64,000 nucleotides of DNA from positions 22,382,001 to 22,446,000 of the forward strand of contig OX597827.1 of assembly GCA_951406725.2 (NCBI GenBank), written 5' to 3'. A program made the translations under genes and the position numbers. Origin of the DNA: Octopus vulgaris. Taxonomy: Eukaryota. This document shows positions 1-11,848 of this stretch, piece by piece. Each line of letters opens with the position of its first letter. The stretch's first letter is position 1. The notes beneath the pieces were generated by a model. It was not told the origin of the DNA, ran no database searches, and worked only from the letters and a program-made list of their open reading frames with translations.

Positions 1-24
1 TATATATATGTGCGTGTGTGTGTG

Positions 25-135
25 TGGAACAACGGGAAGTAGAGTGTCTTGCTCAACGACACAAGGTGCGCGGGAACCAAACTCAGGACCTTACAACCGT
101 GGACTGGATCCCCTAACCACTGAGCTACGCGCTTT
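25..135 (-). mobile_element. tRNA-type SINE head fragment
   Basis: Reverse strand reads GCGCGTAGCTCAGTGGTTAGG (A-box-like), then a degenerate B-box and TTGAGCAAGACAC; a related fragment is at ~31990-32080. Confidence 0.45.
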
Positions 136-558
136 CACTACACGCACGCACACACACACACGCGCGCGCGCGCGTATGTGTATATACTTGTAATAAGAAT
201 GGAAACAGTAAATTCTAACTTTCCTCTACGTGTGTCTTCATTATTTTCATATTAAATAAACAGAAGTTTATATATACGCAGACGTTTATGTCGACGTTTA
301 GACAGTCTAACACACACAGACACACACACACGTACGCTTTTACCTTACTGGGCATATCATAATTCTTCTAATTAATAAACATATTTACTGAGAGTCCACT
401 ATAACTAATTAAAAGATTAGTTAGAGCTTTCACCAATCTCTGTGTAAAATAGGTAATTAAACGGAGCGACTACATCTCCAGAATGCATGCATACATACGT
501 ACATACATTCATACATATATATGTGTGTGTATGTAATGTATATTATTTATACACACAG

Positions 559-610
<52 letters not shown>

Positions 611-810
611 ATTCATATATATGTGTGTGTGTATGTAATGTATGTAATATATATTATTTATACACATACACACATCTTTTAAATTTGTTTACGGGAAACG
701 TTTTGAATATGCAAATAAAATATGTCGGCCACAGTCTAAAGATGGTGATTAGTGAAGAAGTTATGGGTGTTGCATCAAGCTGAACCGATATTATGTAGGA
801 GAAATATATT

Positions 811-1110
811 AATAATAACAATAATCCGTGAATAGAATTTATAAACACTGAATGCATCGCTACGCGCGTTTCCACAAATCACATGTCTCTTAAGATTACA
901 GTCCATATTCCTGGGATGATTACAGTGTAGTCCGTAGTATCCTTGAGCATCAACGTTATATCGCCTGAAGAAATGAATCCATGAAGATGTTCTACCCGAT
1001 GCCCTGCAGACTGTACTCTAATCGTTCCAGGAATACGGACTGTGATCTTAAGAGACGTGTGATTTGTGGAAACGCGCGTAGCGATGCATTCAAGGGTTAT
1101 TGTTATAATT
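811..1110. repeat. Fold-back inverted repeat (core arms 849-932 / 1009-1092)
   Basis: TGAATGCATCGCTACGCGCGTTTCCACAAATCAC... is the reverse complement of ...GTGATTTGTGGAAACGCGCGTAGCGATGCATTCA; about 8 differences over 84 bp. Confidence 0.92.
960..1085 (+). ncRNA. Type I hammerhead ribozyme fold with long stem II insertion
   Basis: ATCGC-CTGAAGA-(A ATGAATC...GATTTGT G)-GAAA-CGCGCG-TA-GCGAT; stem I ATCGC/GCGAT, palindromic stem III ACGCGCGT, GUA site. Confidence 0.7.
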
Positions 1111-1154
1111 TATATATGTATGTATAAAAAGTATGTATACATACCGCTTTTATC

Positions 1155-1567
1155 TCTTCTCTTTCTCTTGTTTCAGTCATTAAACTGCAGCCATGCTGGG
1201 GCATCACCTTGAAGTATTTTTAGTCGAATGAATCAACCCCGGTAGTTTTTTTTTAAGACTGGTACTTATTCTAGCGGTCTCTCTTGGCGAACTGATAAGT
1301 TACGGGGACATACAGACACTGACATCGATTGTCACGCCGCTGGTGGAGGACAAACACAGATACAAAATCTCTCGGGTGCACATACACAAGCACACACATA
1401 CATATACGACGGACTTCTTTCAGTTTCCGTCTAACAAATCCACTCATAAGGCTTTGGTCGATCCGAAGCTATAATAGAAGACACACAACGTGCCACGCAG
1501 TGGGACTGAACCCAGAACCTTATGGTTGGGAAGCAAAGTTCTTACTATACAGCCACATGTGCGCCTT
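1155..1567 (-). mobile_element. SINE family A (most abundant SINE in the window)
   Basis: Reverse complement of the ~400-bp unit at 37046-37455. Confidence 0.85.
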
Positions 1568-1835
1568 AAATATATTTTTAAAATATACGGTATGTACGAA
1601 TATGGTTTACGTATTTATACATACGTATGTATATTGAATTATATACTAGTAATAGAAAGGGATCTAAAACTCTCATTGAAAAGGCTTTTGTCAACCCAAA
1701 GCTATAAGATATTGTAGTAGAAGATATTTAGCCCCGGGGTGGGATCACAGCTAGAATCACATGATCGCGAAGGTATTGGAACTTGCTTTGCCATTCTACA
1801 TCAATATTTACCTGTACACCGAGAATAAATGCCAC

Positions 1836-1953
1836 GACTTTGCCTTTCATCCTTTCGGGTCGATGAAATAAGAACCAGTTACGCACTGGGGTCAATGTAA
1901 TTGACTCTTCCCCTCCCCGCAAATTTTAGGTCTCGTGCCTATAGTAGAAAGGA
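1836..1953 (+). mobile_element. SINE family B, 3' part
   Basis: GACTTTGCCTTTCATCCTTTCGGGTCGATGAAATAAGAACCAG shared with 17575-17790, 21398-21570, 28445-28570, 35480-35650 and 35690-35890. Confidence 0.7.
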
Positions 1954-1977
1954 TTATTATTATTATTATTATTATTA

Positions 1978-2166
1978 TTGAATGAGAGAGCAGCGCATGC
2001 CGTCAAAGTGACACTGTGTCCAACTGACAAGCAAATCTGTGGTATTGAGTATAATATTTGCTGTAACCCATCTTTTATACCAAGACAAATCAATATACAT
2101 GATAACACTTCCAATCACTTAAGATCAGAAGCCATGAGAGCTACTGTCTGGTACTGCATCGGAGCA

Positions 2167-2168
<2 letters not shown>
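1978..2168. mobile_element. Internally deleted copy of the ~545-bp (TAA)n-associated non-coding element
   Basis: Both termini of 5619-6163 joined directly; (TTA)n on both sides. Confidence 0.8.
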
Positions 2169-2224
<56 letters not shown>

Positions 2225-2500
2225 GGTGTTCTACCTTCACACTTGCACCGATCTTTTTCAGCCATGTTGGTAGTTGAGTGCTGATACTTCCAAGTTCACC
2301 AATTACTATTGCTATCACCTCTACTCTCCTCATTAACCGCAACCTTCGTATTTCCCATTTCAAATCTCGTCATAGTTGTTTAATTTTCTTCTTTCACATT
2401 GATCCTGTTGTCACCGGGGTATGCTATGTTGATTATCATACATATTCTTTCTTCTTTATTCACCACAACAAGGTCCGGTTCCGATGTCTGGTCGGGTGAT
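2225..2500 (-). pseudogene. R4/Dong-like LINE, REL endonuclease fragment
   Basis: Minus strand translates EPDLVVVNKEERICMIINIAYPGDNRI (decayed PD..D motif). Confidence 0.7.
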
Positions 2501-2527
2501 CGCACTGGAGCATTGCATCCCACAGGA

Positions 2528-2818
2528 CCCATGTTTCCAGAGGTGAATTATTCAAATCTCAAAGAATTCATTCCTCTCAACACATGGCTATGATGCTCCC
2601 CCAATACTTCTGCTCGTGATCGGACATATCGTCAGTCACCAAGAGACATGTTCAGCCGATTAAGGTCAAACAACATATAAGCAAATCTGTGGTATTGAGC
2701 AGAATATTTGCTGAAGCCCATCTTTTACATCAAGATGAAACATGTACATGATAACACTTCCAATCAGTTAAAATCAGAAGCCATGAGAGCCACTGCCTGG
2801 TACTGCATCAGGGCATTT
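2528..2818. mobile_element. Partial ~545-bp (TAA)n-associated element
   Basis: Matches the distal half of 5619-6163, ending CTGCATCAGGGCATT. Confidence 0.8.
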
Positions 2819-2914
2819 GTTAATATCATTGCTATTTCTTTTTATCTTATGTTGGAACTCCTGGAGTCTTGCATGCGTAGTGGGCTTACTACCTGTAGCC
2901 TGCGGTACCATGCT

Positions 2915-3240
2915 ATCCGTTCTTTTCAGCTATTTAATACTTTCCTGGTTATTCTGGCTGTGCCAAGGAGGCAAATCTTTTGTAACAGTTTATATTCCTC
3001 TTGATGCCTTCTGATACTGTTTCCAAGGATACAACAATAATTGGCACAATCTTCACCTTCTTCATTTTCCATATCCGAGCTATTTCGTACATAAGACGGT
3101 TGTATTTACCTATTTCTTCGCCTTCCTTTTTGGCTATTCGTGGTTCAGAGGGACACACAACATCAACTGTATAGCACATGTGGTGCATCTTGCTGACCAC
3201 TACTAGGTCCGGTCTCTCTGTTTGGATTGGGAAAGCCCAG
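2915..3240 (-). pseudogene. R4/Dong-like LINE, REL endonuclease fragment
   Basis: ORF 2949..3410: ERPDLVVV..TVDVVCP..KYNRLMYEIARIWKMKKVKIVPIIV. Confidence 0.8.
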
Positions 3241-3729
3241 AGGACTTTGCAAATCTCCGACTCCGCCATTCTCTGCTTCTCCCTATCCCTACTTTCTTCT
3301 TGTACTTTCAGGTAAATATCTACTGCTTCACCTGCTACACCTCTATGTTGCTGAGGTGTACGCAGCATTGTATGTTCTTGTCTTTGTTGGTGTTGGGGGA
3401 GTACAGGCACTGTATTGCATCAGTTTGTTTTGTTAAGGGGTTTGGCTGGAATTTTTTGTTGTATTAGTGTTTGAGTTGTGTGTGCAATGCAAGTTGTGCT
3501 TTTCTGTTGGGTATCCACCCTGTAGAGTACATGTTGTGGGAATTGTGTATTTTATTGCATATTTACTGTATAGAGTGCCTTGTGTTTGTGAATTGCTTTA
3601 TTTGGGTTCTATTATTGTTGACTGTATCTTGCGAAGGACGTGGGCTGTTCCTAGCAGGGCTATTTTGGGGATAGTGCTGAGGGTCCAGCTACGGCTTCTA
3701 CGTTTTAGTTCATGCTTTTATTTTTATTA

Positions 3730-3922
3730 TACCCCTTGCTCCAATTATTACTGATATTGTTTTTACCTTCGTCTCCCACATCTTGAATTCCTCAATTTCA
3801 AGATCTTTGTATTTTGAGAAATTCTCCACTTCTTTTAGGGCAATATTTTGGTCAGAGAAGATTACAATCAGTAGGTAGGTGTTCGTTTTCCAATCCTTGG
3901 TTATTGTCTGGACGATTAGTTT
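3730..3922 (-). pseudogene. R4/Dong-like LINE, REL endonuclease fragment
   Basis: Minus strand: KTNRPD...DQNIALKEVENFSKYKDLEIEEFKMWETKVKTISVIIGA. Confidence 0.7.
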
Positions 3923-3938
3923 TGAATCATCATCATCA

Positions 3939-3990
<52 letters not shown>

Positions 3991-4017
3991 CATAATAATT
4001 ATTATTATTATTATGAA

Positions 4018-4962
4018 AGTCTCTTGGAGAGTTCTTAATTACCGGTTATTCTTTACTTGAAAGCAGGCAATAACAAATCACCAAAGGTTTCAAGTAGTGC
4101 CTTCTCCTGTGACTCAGAGATAATACTCTCCTTAGAATGCGTGCTGTACCCAACAATGCTGTCTTCTGGATCACCTCCAGCCTGACAGTAACTCCAATAT
4201 TCTTAATATGTTTTTCAAAGCACCTGGAAACTGCTCCTAATGTTCCAATTACCACTGGTATCACCCTTACTTTCCTCGTGCCCCATAACCTTCCTATCTT
4301 GTCCCGTAGTGGCTGGTATTTCTCAATATTTTCTGTTTCCTCACATTTCACCCTCGAACCGCCTGGTATTGCAACATCTATTATCTTTACTTCTTTTTCA
4401 TCTTTATGGATGAGAACGATATCTGGTCGCCTTGCTTCTATGGCTTGGTCGCACTTCACGTTAAAATCCCATGTAATGTTGGTTTTCCATTATTCACTCT
4501 GGCTTGTGTTCATAGCATTGTTCGGCTCTCTCGAGGTTTGCCTTACTGCACAACAACCCGTAGACATATCTGGCCACGTTGTCGTGTCTCCATTTGTATT
4601 CGCGTTGTGCGAGCTTACAGCACTCACTAACAATATGGCTTATACGTTCTCCCTTCTCAGAGCACATCCTACACTGTGGCAAGTCTGTGTTTTTATCAAT
4701 GTGACATTTGGAGAAGTTTGTTCTGAGAGTTTGTTCTTGAGTGCTGCACACTAATGCCTCAGTGGACCCTTATGAGTCTCCTTTCTGCTGCCATTGCCAG
4801 GTTCTATTCCAATCAATCTCATCTATATTCTTCAAGAACTGACCGTGCATTTTCTTGTCCTGCCAAATTTCCTTCATCTGCTCTCTCTGCTCTTCCTTAA
4901 ACTGTGTTGGATCTACGGTTTCGTTCACTATTAAGGTTCCCTTAATTTTCATTGCTTCAAAC
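4018..4962 (-). mobile_element. R4/Dong-like LINE 3' portion (CCHC knuckle + REL endonuclease), frameshifted
   Basis: ORFs 4770..4952 (KKMHGQF), 4494..4751 (CRMC..HIVSEC..YKWRHDNVA) and 4046..4459 (RRPDIV..IIDVAIP..EKY..IQKTALLGTARILRRVL); bounded by (TAA)n. Confidence 0.9.
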
Positions 4963-5018
<56 letters not shown>

Positions 5019-5019
5019 G

Positions 5020-5561
5020 TTTGACTTTCGCTTTGTATTCGTACAAGTTGACTCCAAGAGACCTCAAAAGACAACAAGTTAGAAGTTCATGTTGGTCTTA
5101 TGCCTAGGGTGTCATATATTTGGTTTTGTACACAGTATTGTTCGAGAGAATGTTTAAGAAAACGTAAAATTAGGAGTGATTTCAATTTTGAAATTACATA
5201 GACAGTATTTTACGTAGGATATGGGTAGTTCCCATGAGCACTATCCTTTGAATTTCTGCCATTTTGGGGTTTCCTGGTATCTGAGCTAGGTAGGAATCAG
5301 CCCCTTTTGCTATCATTCCTAAGGCACTTATGACAATAGGTACTGTTTTAGTCTTCAGGTTCCACATTTTGCCAATTTCAATGTCAAGATCTTTATAGTT
5401 GCTCAGTTTTTGGTAGGTCTTGACAGGTACATTTATGTCGATTGGGACAGTCATATCAATGAGAAGGCATGATTTTTGTCTGAAGTCTTTCAATATAATG
5501 TCTGGCCTATTCGCATCTATCTTTCTGTCAATTTGAATGGTGAAGTTCCGGAGGAGTGAGA

Positions 5562-5562
<1 letters not shown>
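5020..5562 (-). mobile_element. R4/Dong-like LINE 3' end
   Basis: ANRPDIILKD..LLIDMTVP..YKDLDIEIGKMWNLK..GTTHILRKILSM followed by a 3' UTR ending at (AAT)n. Confidence 0.88.
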
Positions 5563-5618
<56 letters not shown>

Positions 5619-5619
<1 letters not shown>

Positions 5620-6159
5620 GAGTGAGAGAGCTGTGCATACCATTAAAGTGACACTGGGGTAAAATATACGAAGCCCAGTATACCCATCATGACTACTCGT
5701 CTGATAAGGGAACACCAGGCACAGGCATCACAACCATATGTGCACAACATAGTGATCTCATATCACGATAAATAACGCATAACCTTGCAGGTGGGGTCCA
5801 CTTAGAATTTTCTTCTGGTCAAGTAACCCATCCCGCCCAAAAGGTCCTTGAATAAGGATTGTTTAAGGATGTTGAACAAATCACCCATGTTTCCAAAGGT
5901 GAATTATCTAAACCTCCAAGAATTCCTCTCAACACACAGCTATGATGCTCCCTCTGATCAGAGATGCACATATCGTCAGCCACTAAGGGACATGGTCAAA
6001 TGGTGAAGGTCAAACAACTGACAAGCAAATCTGTGGTATTGAGCAGGATATTTGCTGTCGCCCATCTTCTATACCAAGACAAAACAATGTACATGAGAAC
6101 ACTTCCAATCAGTTAAGATGAGAAGCCTTGAGAGCCACTGCCTGGTACTGCATCAGGGC

Positions 6160-6163
<4 letters not shown>
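5619..6163. mobile_element. Full-length ~545-bp non-coding element inserted in (TAA)n
   Basis: Termini TGAGTGAGAGAGC... and ...GGTACTGCATCAGGGCATT; at least 8 whole or partial copies in the window, nearly all abutting (TTA)n. Confidence 0.85.
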
Positions 6164-6196
<33 letters not shown>

Positions 6197-6239
6197 TATG
6201 GTTTCTTTTCATTATTATTACCGTTGTTGTTGTTGTATA

Positions 6240-7270
6240 CTTTTAATCTGCATGTTTGTTACAATCACTTTCGGCGACACACCCAGAGTCCTGGGGTGAG
6301 TAAGGGATAAGAGATGTTACAGTATGACTGAAAGCTTAGGGAGGGGGAGTGGCAGGGGTAGTAGCGAAATATCTTCATGTAATACAACTGACATTTAAAT
6401 GGGTTTTTAAGGATGTCGGCAATACTTGTCAGTACTATCTTTTTTGATTTCTCTGAGGCATGGCTCTCCTGGGATCTTATCTAGATGTTTCTGACATTCC
6501 TTTTTTTTTATCATAACTGTTATTATTATTGTTGCTGTTGCTGTTGTTATCGTATTGACTCAAGATTTGTCCTATTCCAGCTAGATTTTATGAGGGTAGT
6601 GGGTTACTCCCTGTAACCTTAGATATCCATATGATTTCAAGAAGCCATCAAGTGCTCAAAACCCTTCTATATTCTTTCTTGTCCCTCAGAAACAAACCTT
6701 CTGTAGAAGCTCAACAGGACATTCCATTCCATTCACCTTTAATCATTTGTGTACGTCATTAATCACAGCCCCTAATGCACCAAATGTCACCGGTACTATC
6801 TTTACAGATTTCATGTTTCAAATCCTTGCAATCTCAAGTTTTAATAAGGGATTTTAGTTTTTCAACTTTTCATCTGTTTTCTTGACAATCCTAATATTAA
6901 ATGGACTTTCTGGATCATTCAGTCTGAAAATTCGATTTTCCATCTTTTAATCCGTTGGGATGGAAAAAATCCATAAAAATATAAATGCTTCCGACTCAAG
7001 CACTTTTTCTATCGGATGATTGTATACCATGCACTTCCGGCTTCAATCACCCATTTTTGATAAAACTTCCAGTGTAAAACTTTCAGAACATTCTAATGTC
7101 TCCATTTCGTATATTCACCCTGGACCAGCTCGAGGCAGTCTGCAACAGTGTGTCAATGTGTGCCGTTGTTTCATCTGAAGTTCCATATACTCTACATTTT
7201 GTTTGACACCTCCCTTTTACATATATTTTTTCAAGTTGTTGGTTAACAAAGCTTGATTTTGAGCTGCTAC
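6240..7270 (-). mobile_element. Two decayed R4/Dong-like LINE 3' fragments
   Basis: 6240-6510 matches the 3' end at 22450-22720; 6640-7270 begins VAAQNQALLTNNL and contains decayed knuckle/REL sequence. Confidence 0.7.
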
Positions 7271-7352
<82 letters not shown>

Positions 7353-7360
7353 GTATTAAT

Positions 7361-7722
7361 AACAAGACTCAGAGAACGCAAACCTCTGCCAAGGCAAGAC
7401 CAATGTCCTCTCAACAATTAGCCGGAGATGGCTTTTAAAATGAGAATATCTGAAATAAACTCGACTGCCCTCACAAACGAGAATACTAAAAATGAACCTG
7501 ACCGCTCTCAAAAATTAAGTTAAAACAAAACAGGAAAAATAGCACAGAATCCTTGTCTGGTACGGGATCGATCCCAAAACCTAATCAGCTCGTGCCAGTC
7601 ACAAGGTCAAATATCCCTGAAAGTTTCATCCGAATCCATCCAGCGGTTCTTGGGATATCTTGTCCGCGGACAAACAAACAAACAAACAAGCACGACTGAA
7701 AACAATACTTCCGCCTTCGCTG
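7361..7722 (-). mobile_element. Helentron-associated non-autonomous element (HINE/DINE-1-like)
   Basis: Minus strand: AAGGCGGAAGTATTGTTTTC, (GTTT)n microsatellite, ATGAAACTTTCAGG core, 3' GCCTTGGCAGAGGTTTGCGTTCTCTGAGTCTTGTT; this is the DINE-1/HINE architecture. Confidence 0.6.
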
Positions 7723-7780
<58 letters not shown>

Positions 7781-7800
7781 TGATGATGAGGATGATGATG

Positions 7801-8328
7801 ATGCCCTGACGCAATACCGGGCACTGACTCACATGGTTTTTGATCAATAATAATAATAATAATAATGATGATGATGAGGATGATGATGATGCCCTGACGC
7901 AATACCGGGCACTGACTCACATGGTTTTTGATCTTAACAGATTGGAAGTGTTATCATGTACATTGTTTGTCCTGGTATAAAAAAGATAGGTTACAGCAAA
8001 TATTCTGCTCAATTCCATAGAGTTGCTTGTCATTTGTTTGAACTTAACCAGCTGAGCATGTCTCTTGGTGGTTGATGATATGTGCATCTCTGATCATGAG
8101 CAGAAATAGTAGGAGAGCATCATAGCCATGTGTTCAGAAGAATTCTTTGGCTTTTGGATAATTCACCTCTGGAAACATGAATGTTTCGTCCAACATCTGC
8201 AAACAGCCCTAATTCAGGGACTTTTTGAGCGGTATGGGACACTCAACCCGAAGAAAGTTCTAACTGGGCCTCACTTGCAAGGTCATACGCTGTTTATCTT
8301 GCTATGAGACCACCATGTCGCGCACATA
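7801..8328. mobile_element. Diverged ~545-bp element in opposite orientation, first ~55 bp duplicated
   Basis: ATGCCCTGACGCAATACCGGGCACTG... is the reverse complement of the 6163 end; occurs at 7801 and again at ~7889. Confidence 0.75.
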
Positions 8329-8516
8329 TATATAGGCTGCTTGACGACGATTTAGCTTGCCGAAACATCGACGTCACTGTCAATGATATTCTTGTTTAAG
8401 AATAATACATTTATACTTCATAAAAGTATAGAGAAACCCTTCAGAATAATGTAAAAATGGTTTTATTATAACTGAATATAAAAAGAAACATTAATATGTA
8501 TGTATGTATGTATATC

Positions 8517-8720
8517 TGTTAGGCATGTGGAAGAGAGTGTAATTCGGCGGGAGGACATAAACGACATGCAAAGGTACATGAAGCCCAATTATAACTACAC
8601 CCGGCTATTACCGGTAAAGGTTTTAGCTGCCAATTCTGTACAAGACATTGTAGATCTTTGGCTGGGCTACAAAGTCACGTTCGATCACAGCACCATACGC
8701 GATAACAAGGGGCAGCCATC
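8517..8720 (+). mobile_element. RTE-like LINE 3' end with decayed C2H2 fingers
   Basis: Homologous to 25843-26070; ends GATAACAAGGGGCAGCCATC. Confidence 0.65.
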
Positions 8721-9182
8721 ATGTATGTATGTAATTATGTATGTTCATTGAAAAATCTGTTCCCTGCTAGCTGCTTGTTGTGCGCTATTGATTATTATTA
8801 TGGGATTATTATTATTATTATTATTATTATTATCGCCGGCGGCGTACTATTGATTATTACAGCCTCATAGTGTAGCTTGATGAGGAAGGTTGTGAGAAAG
8901 TCAACAAGACTAAAACCACATTTGTCATCAAAAATAAATAGATAAAAACCTCGATAAACAAAAACAGATCCATCCAGCAAGCGGTCAACTGCTATTAAGG
9001 CAAGAGTGAAGCAAGTTAGAAACCCTGGATATGATTTCCACTGTTCGGCAGAGTGTGCCACTAGGAAAAGGTAACTCTCTCACGGATTGCATGCTCTTCA
9101 GAGCCCACGCCAGATGATTTTAAATATAGGTTTGTCTCTGAATCAAGCCAAGTAAGGTAGACAGGGTATGGTGGTTGCCTAA

Positions 9183-9228
<46 letters not shown>

Positions 9229-9369
9229 TAATATATATTATATATATATTATATTTTATTATTTATATTATTATTTTTTATTTTATATTTTTTAATTATA
9301 TATTATTATAATATATGTAGTATGTAATATATATATATGGTACGTTGCCAAATACTAATTGAATAATCG

Positions 9370-9430
<61 letters not shown>

Positions 9431-9522
9431 TAGAGGGAAACCACTATGTGGACACCCTTATGCTAGAAATAGATCCGCTCTTCTGATTCCTCACCTCATT
9501 TTAAATATATATATATATATAT

Positions 9523-9570
<48 letters not shown>

Positions 9571-9667
9571 AAAAAGAAAAAAAAGAAACATAAATATATA
9601 TATATATATATAACTGTGAATTTTCCACGTCTAAAATATTCATACCTAGTCTCTGATACTATTTACT

Positions 9668-9752
9668 TTATTTGCATTTGACGGATATTTGTCTTCATCC
9701 TGTTTGTTGTTAACAAACAAGATGAGGACAAATATCCGTCAAATGTAAATAA
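9668..9752. repeat. Hairpin palindrome (~41-bp arms, 3 mismatches)
   Basis: TTATTTGCATTTGACGGATATTTGTC... / ...GACAAATATCCGTCAAATGTAAATAA. Confidence 0.9.
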
Positions 9753-9792
9753 TGTACATAATTTCTCATCTCTTAAATATAGAACTGTACTT

Positions 9793-9859
9793 GTCTCTGA
9801 TGACGGAATACGTACATGCTAACCTCCCACTTGGGTTATCCCAGAAATGGTTGAAAGAC
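9793..9859 (+). ncRNA. Decayed type I hammerhead
   Basis: GTCT-CTGATGA-CGGAATA...TATCCCA-GAAA-TGGTTG-AA-AGAC; same layout as 43608-43662 but stem III and cleavage site are mutated. Confidence 0.45.
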
Positions 9860-10217
9860 TTCAATTCCATCTTACCCTAATTAAATAATTGTAAATGACT
9901 TGAAATACTCATTCTGTCTTGGTTTTGATTTTCCCTCTAATATAATATATACCTGTTGTAACGATACCCTAACACAGGTCCCTAGATCCAGCCTTGGCTG
10001 AGATCTTGGAACCTAACGGGAGTCCAATAATAGCACGTAACCAGCGTACCTATTCGTTTAGAGCACAAGTGTACTAAACCCTTCATACTCTTTCTATACA
10101 TACATATATACACATAAATATACACACATGTGTATAAATACATATATGTAAATATGTATATATGTATATATACATATTTACATATAAATATGCATAAATA
10201 TACGTTCGTGTATATAG

Positions 10218-10267
<50 letters not shown>

Positions 10268-10284
10268 GTTTTCTTTTTTCTTTT

Positions 10285-10495
10285 AATTGTTTCAGTCGTC
10301 TGATTGCGGCCATACTGAAGCACCACCTTTAGTCGAACAAGTCGACCCCAGGACTTATTCTTTGTATGCCTAGTACTTAGTCTATCGATCTCTTTTGTCG
10401 AACGGCTATATTACAGGGACGTAAACACACCAACATCAGTTGTCAAGCGGTGATGGGGGTATAAACACAGACACAATAACACATACACATATATA

Positions 10496-10550
<55 letters not shown>

Positions 10551-10701
10551 GGCTTTTTCAGTTTTCGTCTACCAAATCCACTCACAAGGGTTTGGTCGTC
10601 CCGATGCTATAGAAGAAGACACTTGCCCAAGATGCCACGCTGTGGGACTGAACCCTGAACCATGTGGTTGGGAAGCAAGCTTCTTACCACACACCCACTC
10701 C

Positions 10702-10702
<1 letters not shown>
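10285..10702 (-). mobile_element. SINE family A
   Basis: Reverse complement of 37046-37455 with internal (TA)n. Confidence 0.88.
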
Positions 10703-10732
<30 letters not shown>

Positions 10733-10753
10733 CATACATACATACATACATAC

Positions 10754-10792
<39 letters not shown>

Positions 10793-11535
10793 CATGCATA
10801 CACACACACACACATATATATATATATACATACATACATGCATATACATATATATATATATATATATTTAATGAGAGAGAGAGAGAGAGAGAGAGAGACA
10901 GCACATATGTACGTATATGTGTACGTGTGTGTGTTTTGCCTATGTGTGTGCGTGTATTTATTTTGCACGTGCATATATCACTGGGTGCATACACTCACTA
11001 GGGAACGTAAAATGAAGAATCCCTAGAAATGGTTTACAAACTCTTACTCTCTGCTCAGTCTATTTCCAATTCCTTGTATTTAGAATTGCAAATCAATTTC
11101 GTTTGCCCTTTTTTGAGATCGAACCCGCGCATTCCTGGCATTGTTACGTAACCCTAACCCCTTATGATAATAGGAACAAATGAAAACCGTATATCGCAAC
11201 CATTGCGACGAATGCACGGTGCCAAGTGGGCCACGTTTGGTAAGCAGAACTGGTGATGTGGGACACAAGGGCGGTTGATTTCACATTACTTCTACGCAGT
11301 TGATTTTCTTTTGCCCTCTATATGTATGTTTATATGTATGTTTAAATAGATATGTGTGCGTGTGTATGTGTATGTATGTACGTATATCATTAGTCAGTTT
11401 ATTTCAAGATTTCTTGCCAATAGAGAAAGAACCGGTTTCTAACCTAGATCCACAGTTCCTTCATTGGAATTTCAACATCAACAACATAGTATTTTTATTT
11501 GTATGTATGTATGTATGTATGTATGTATGTATGTA

Positions 11536-11747
11536 TACTCTTTTACTCTTTTACTTGTTTCAGTCATTTGACTGCGGCCATGCTGGAGCACCGCCTTTAG
11601 TCGAACAAATCGACCCCGGGACTTATTCTTTGTAAGCCCAGTACTTATTCTATCGGTCTCTTTTAGCCGAACCGCTAAGTGACAGGGACGTAAACACACC
11701 AGCATCGGTTGTCAAGCAATGCTAGGGGGACAAACACAGACACACAA

Positions 11748-11795
<48 letters not shown>

Positions 11796-11848
11796 GACAG
11801 GCTTCTTTCAGTTTCAAGCTACTTACCACACAGCCACTCCTGCGCCTA
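11536..11848 (-). mobile_element. SINE family A with internal deletion
   Basis: Head TAGGCGCAGGAGTGGCTGTGTGGTAAGTAGCTT joined directly to GAAACTGAAAGAAG. Confidence 0.85.

Noticed and set aside
7770-7935. ~87-bp direct tandem duplication
   Set aside because: Two units bounded by microsatellites; slippage or assembly artefact, not an array
8335-8382. TTGACGA...GAAACATCGACGTC hammerhead-like remnant (similar weak cases at 11425-11473, 16075-16130, 38528-38570, 47560-47622)
   Set aside because: Only part of the core or helices is present; probably decayed members of the same system but not supportable individually
11148-11162. TAACCCTAACCC telomere-like motif
   Set aside because: Only two units; no array
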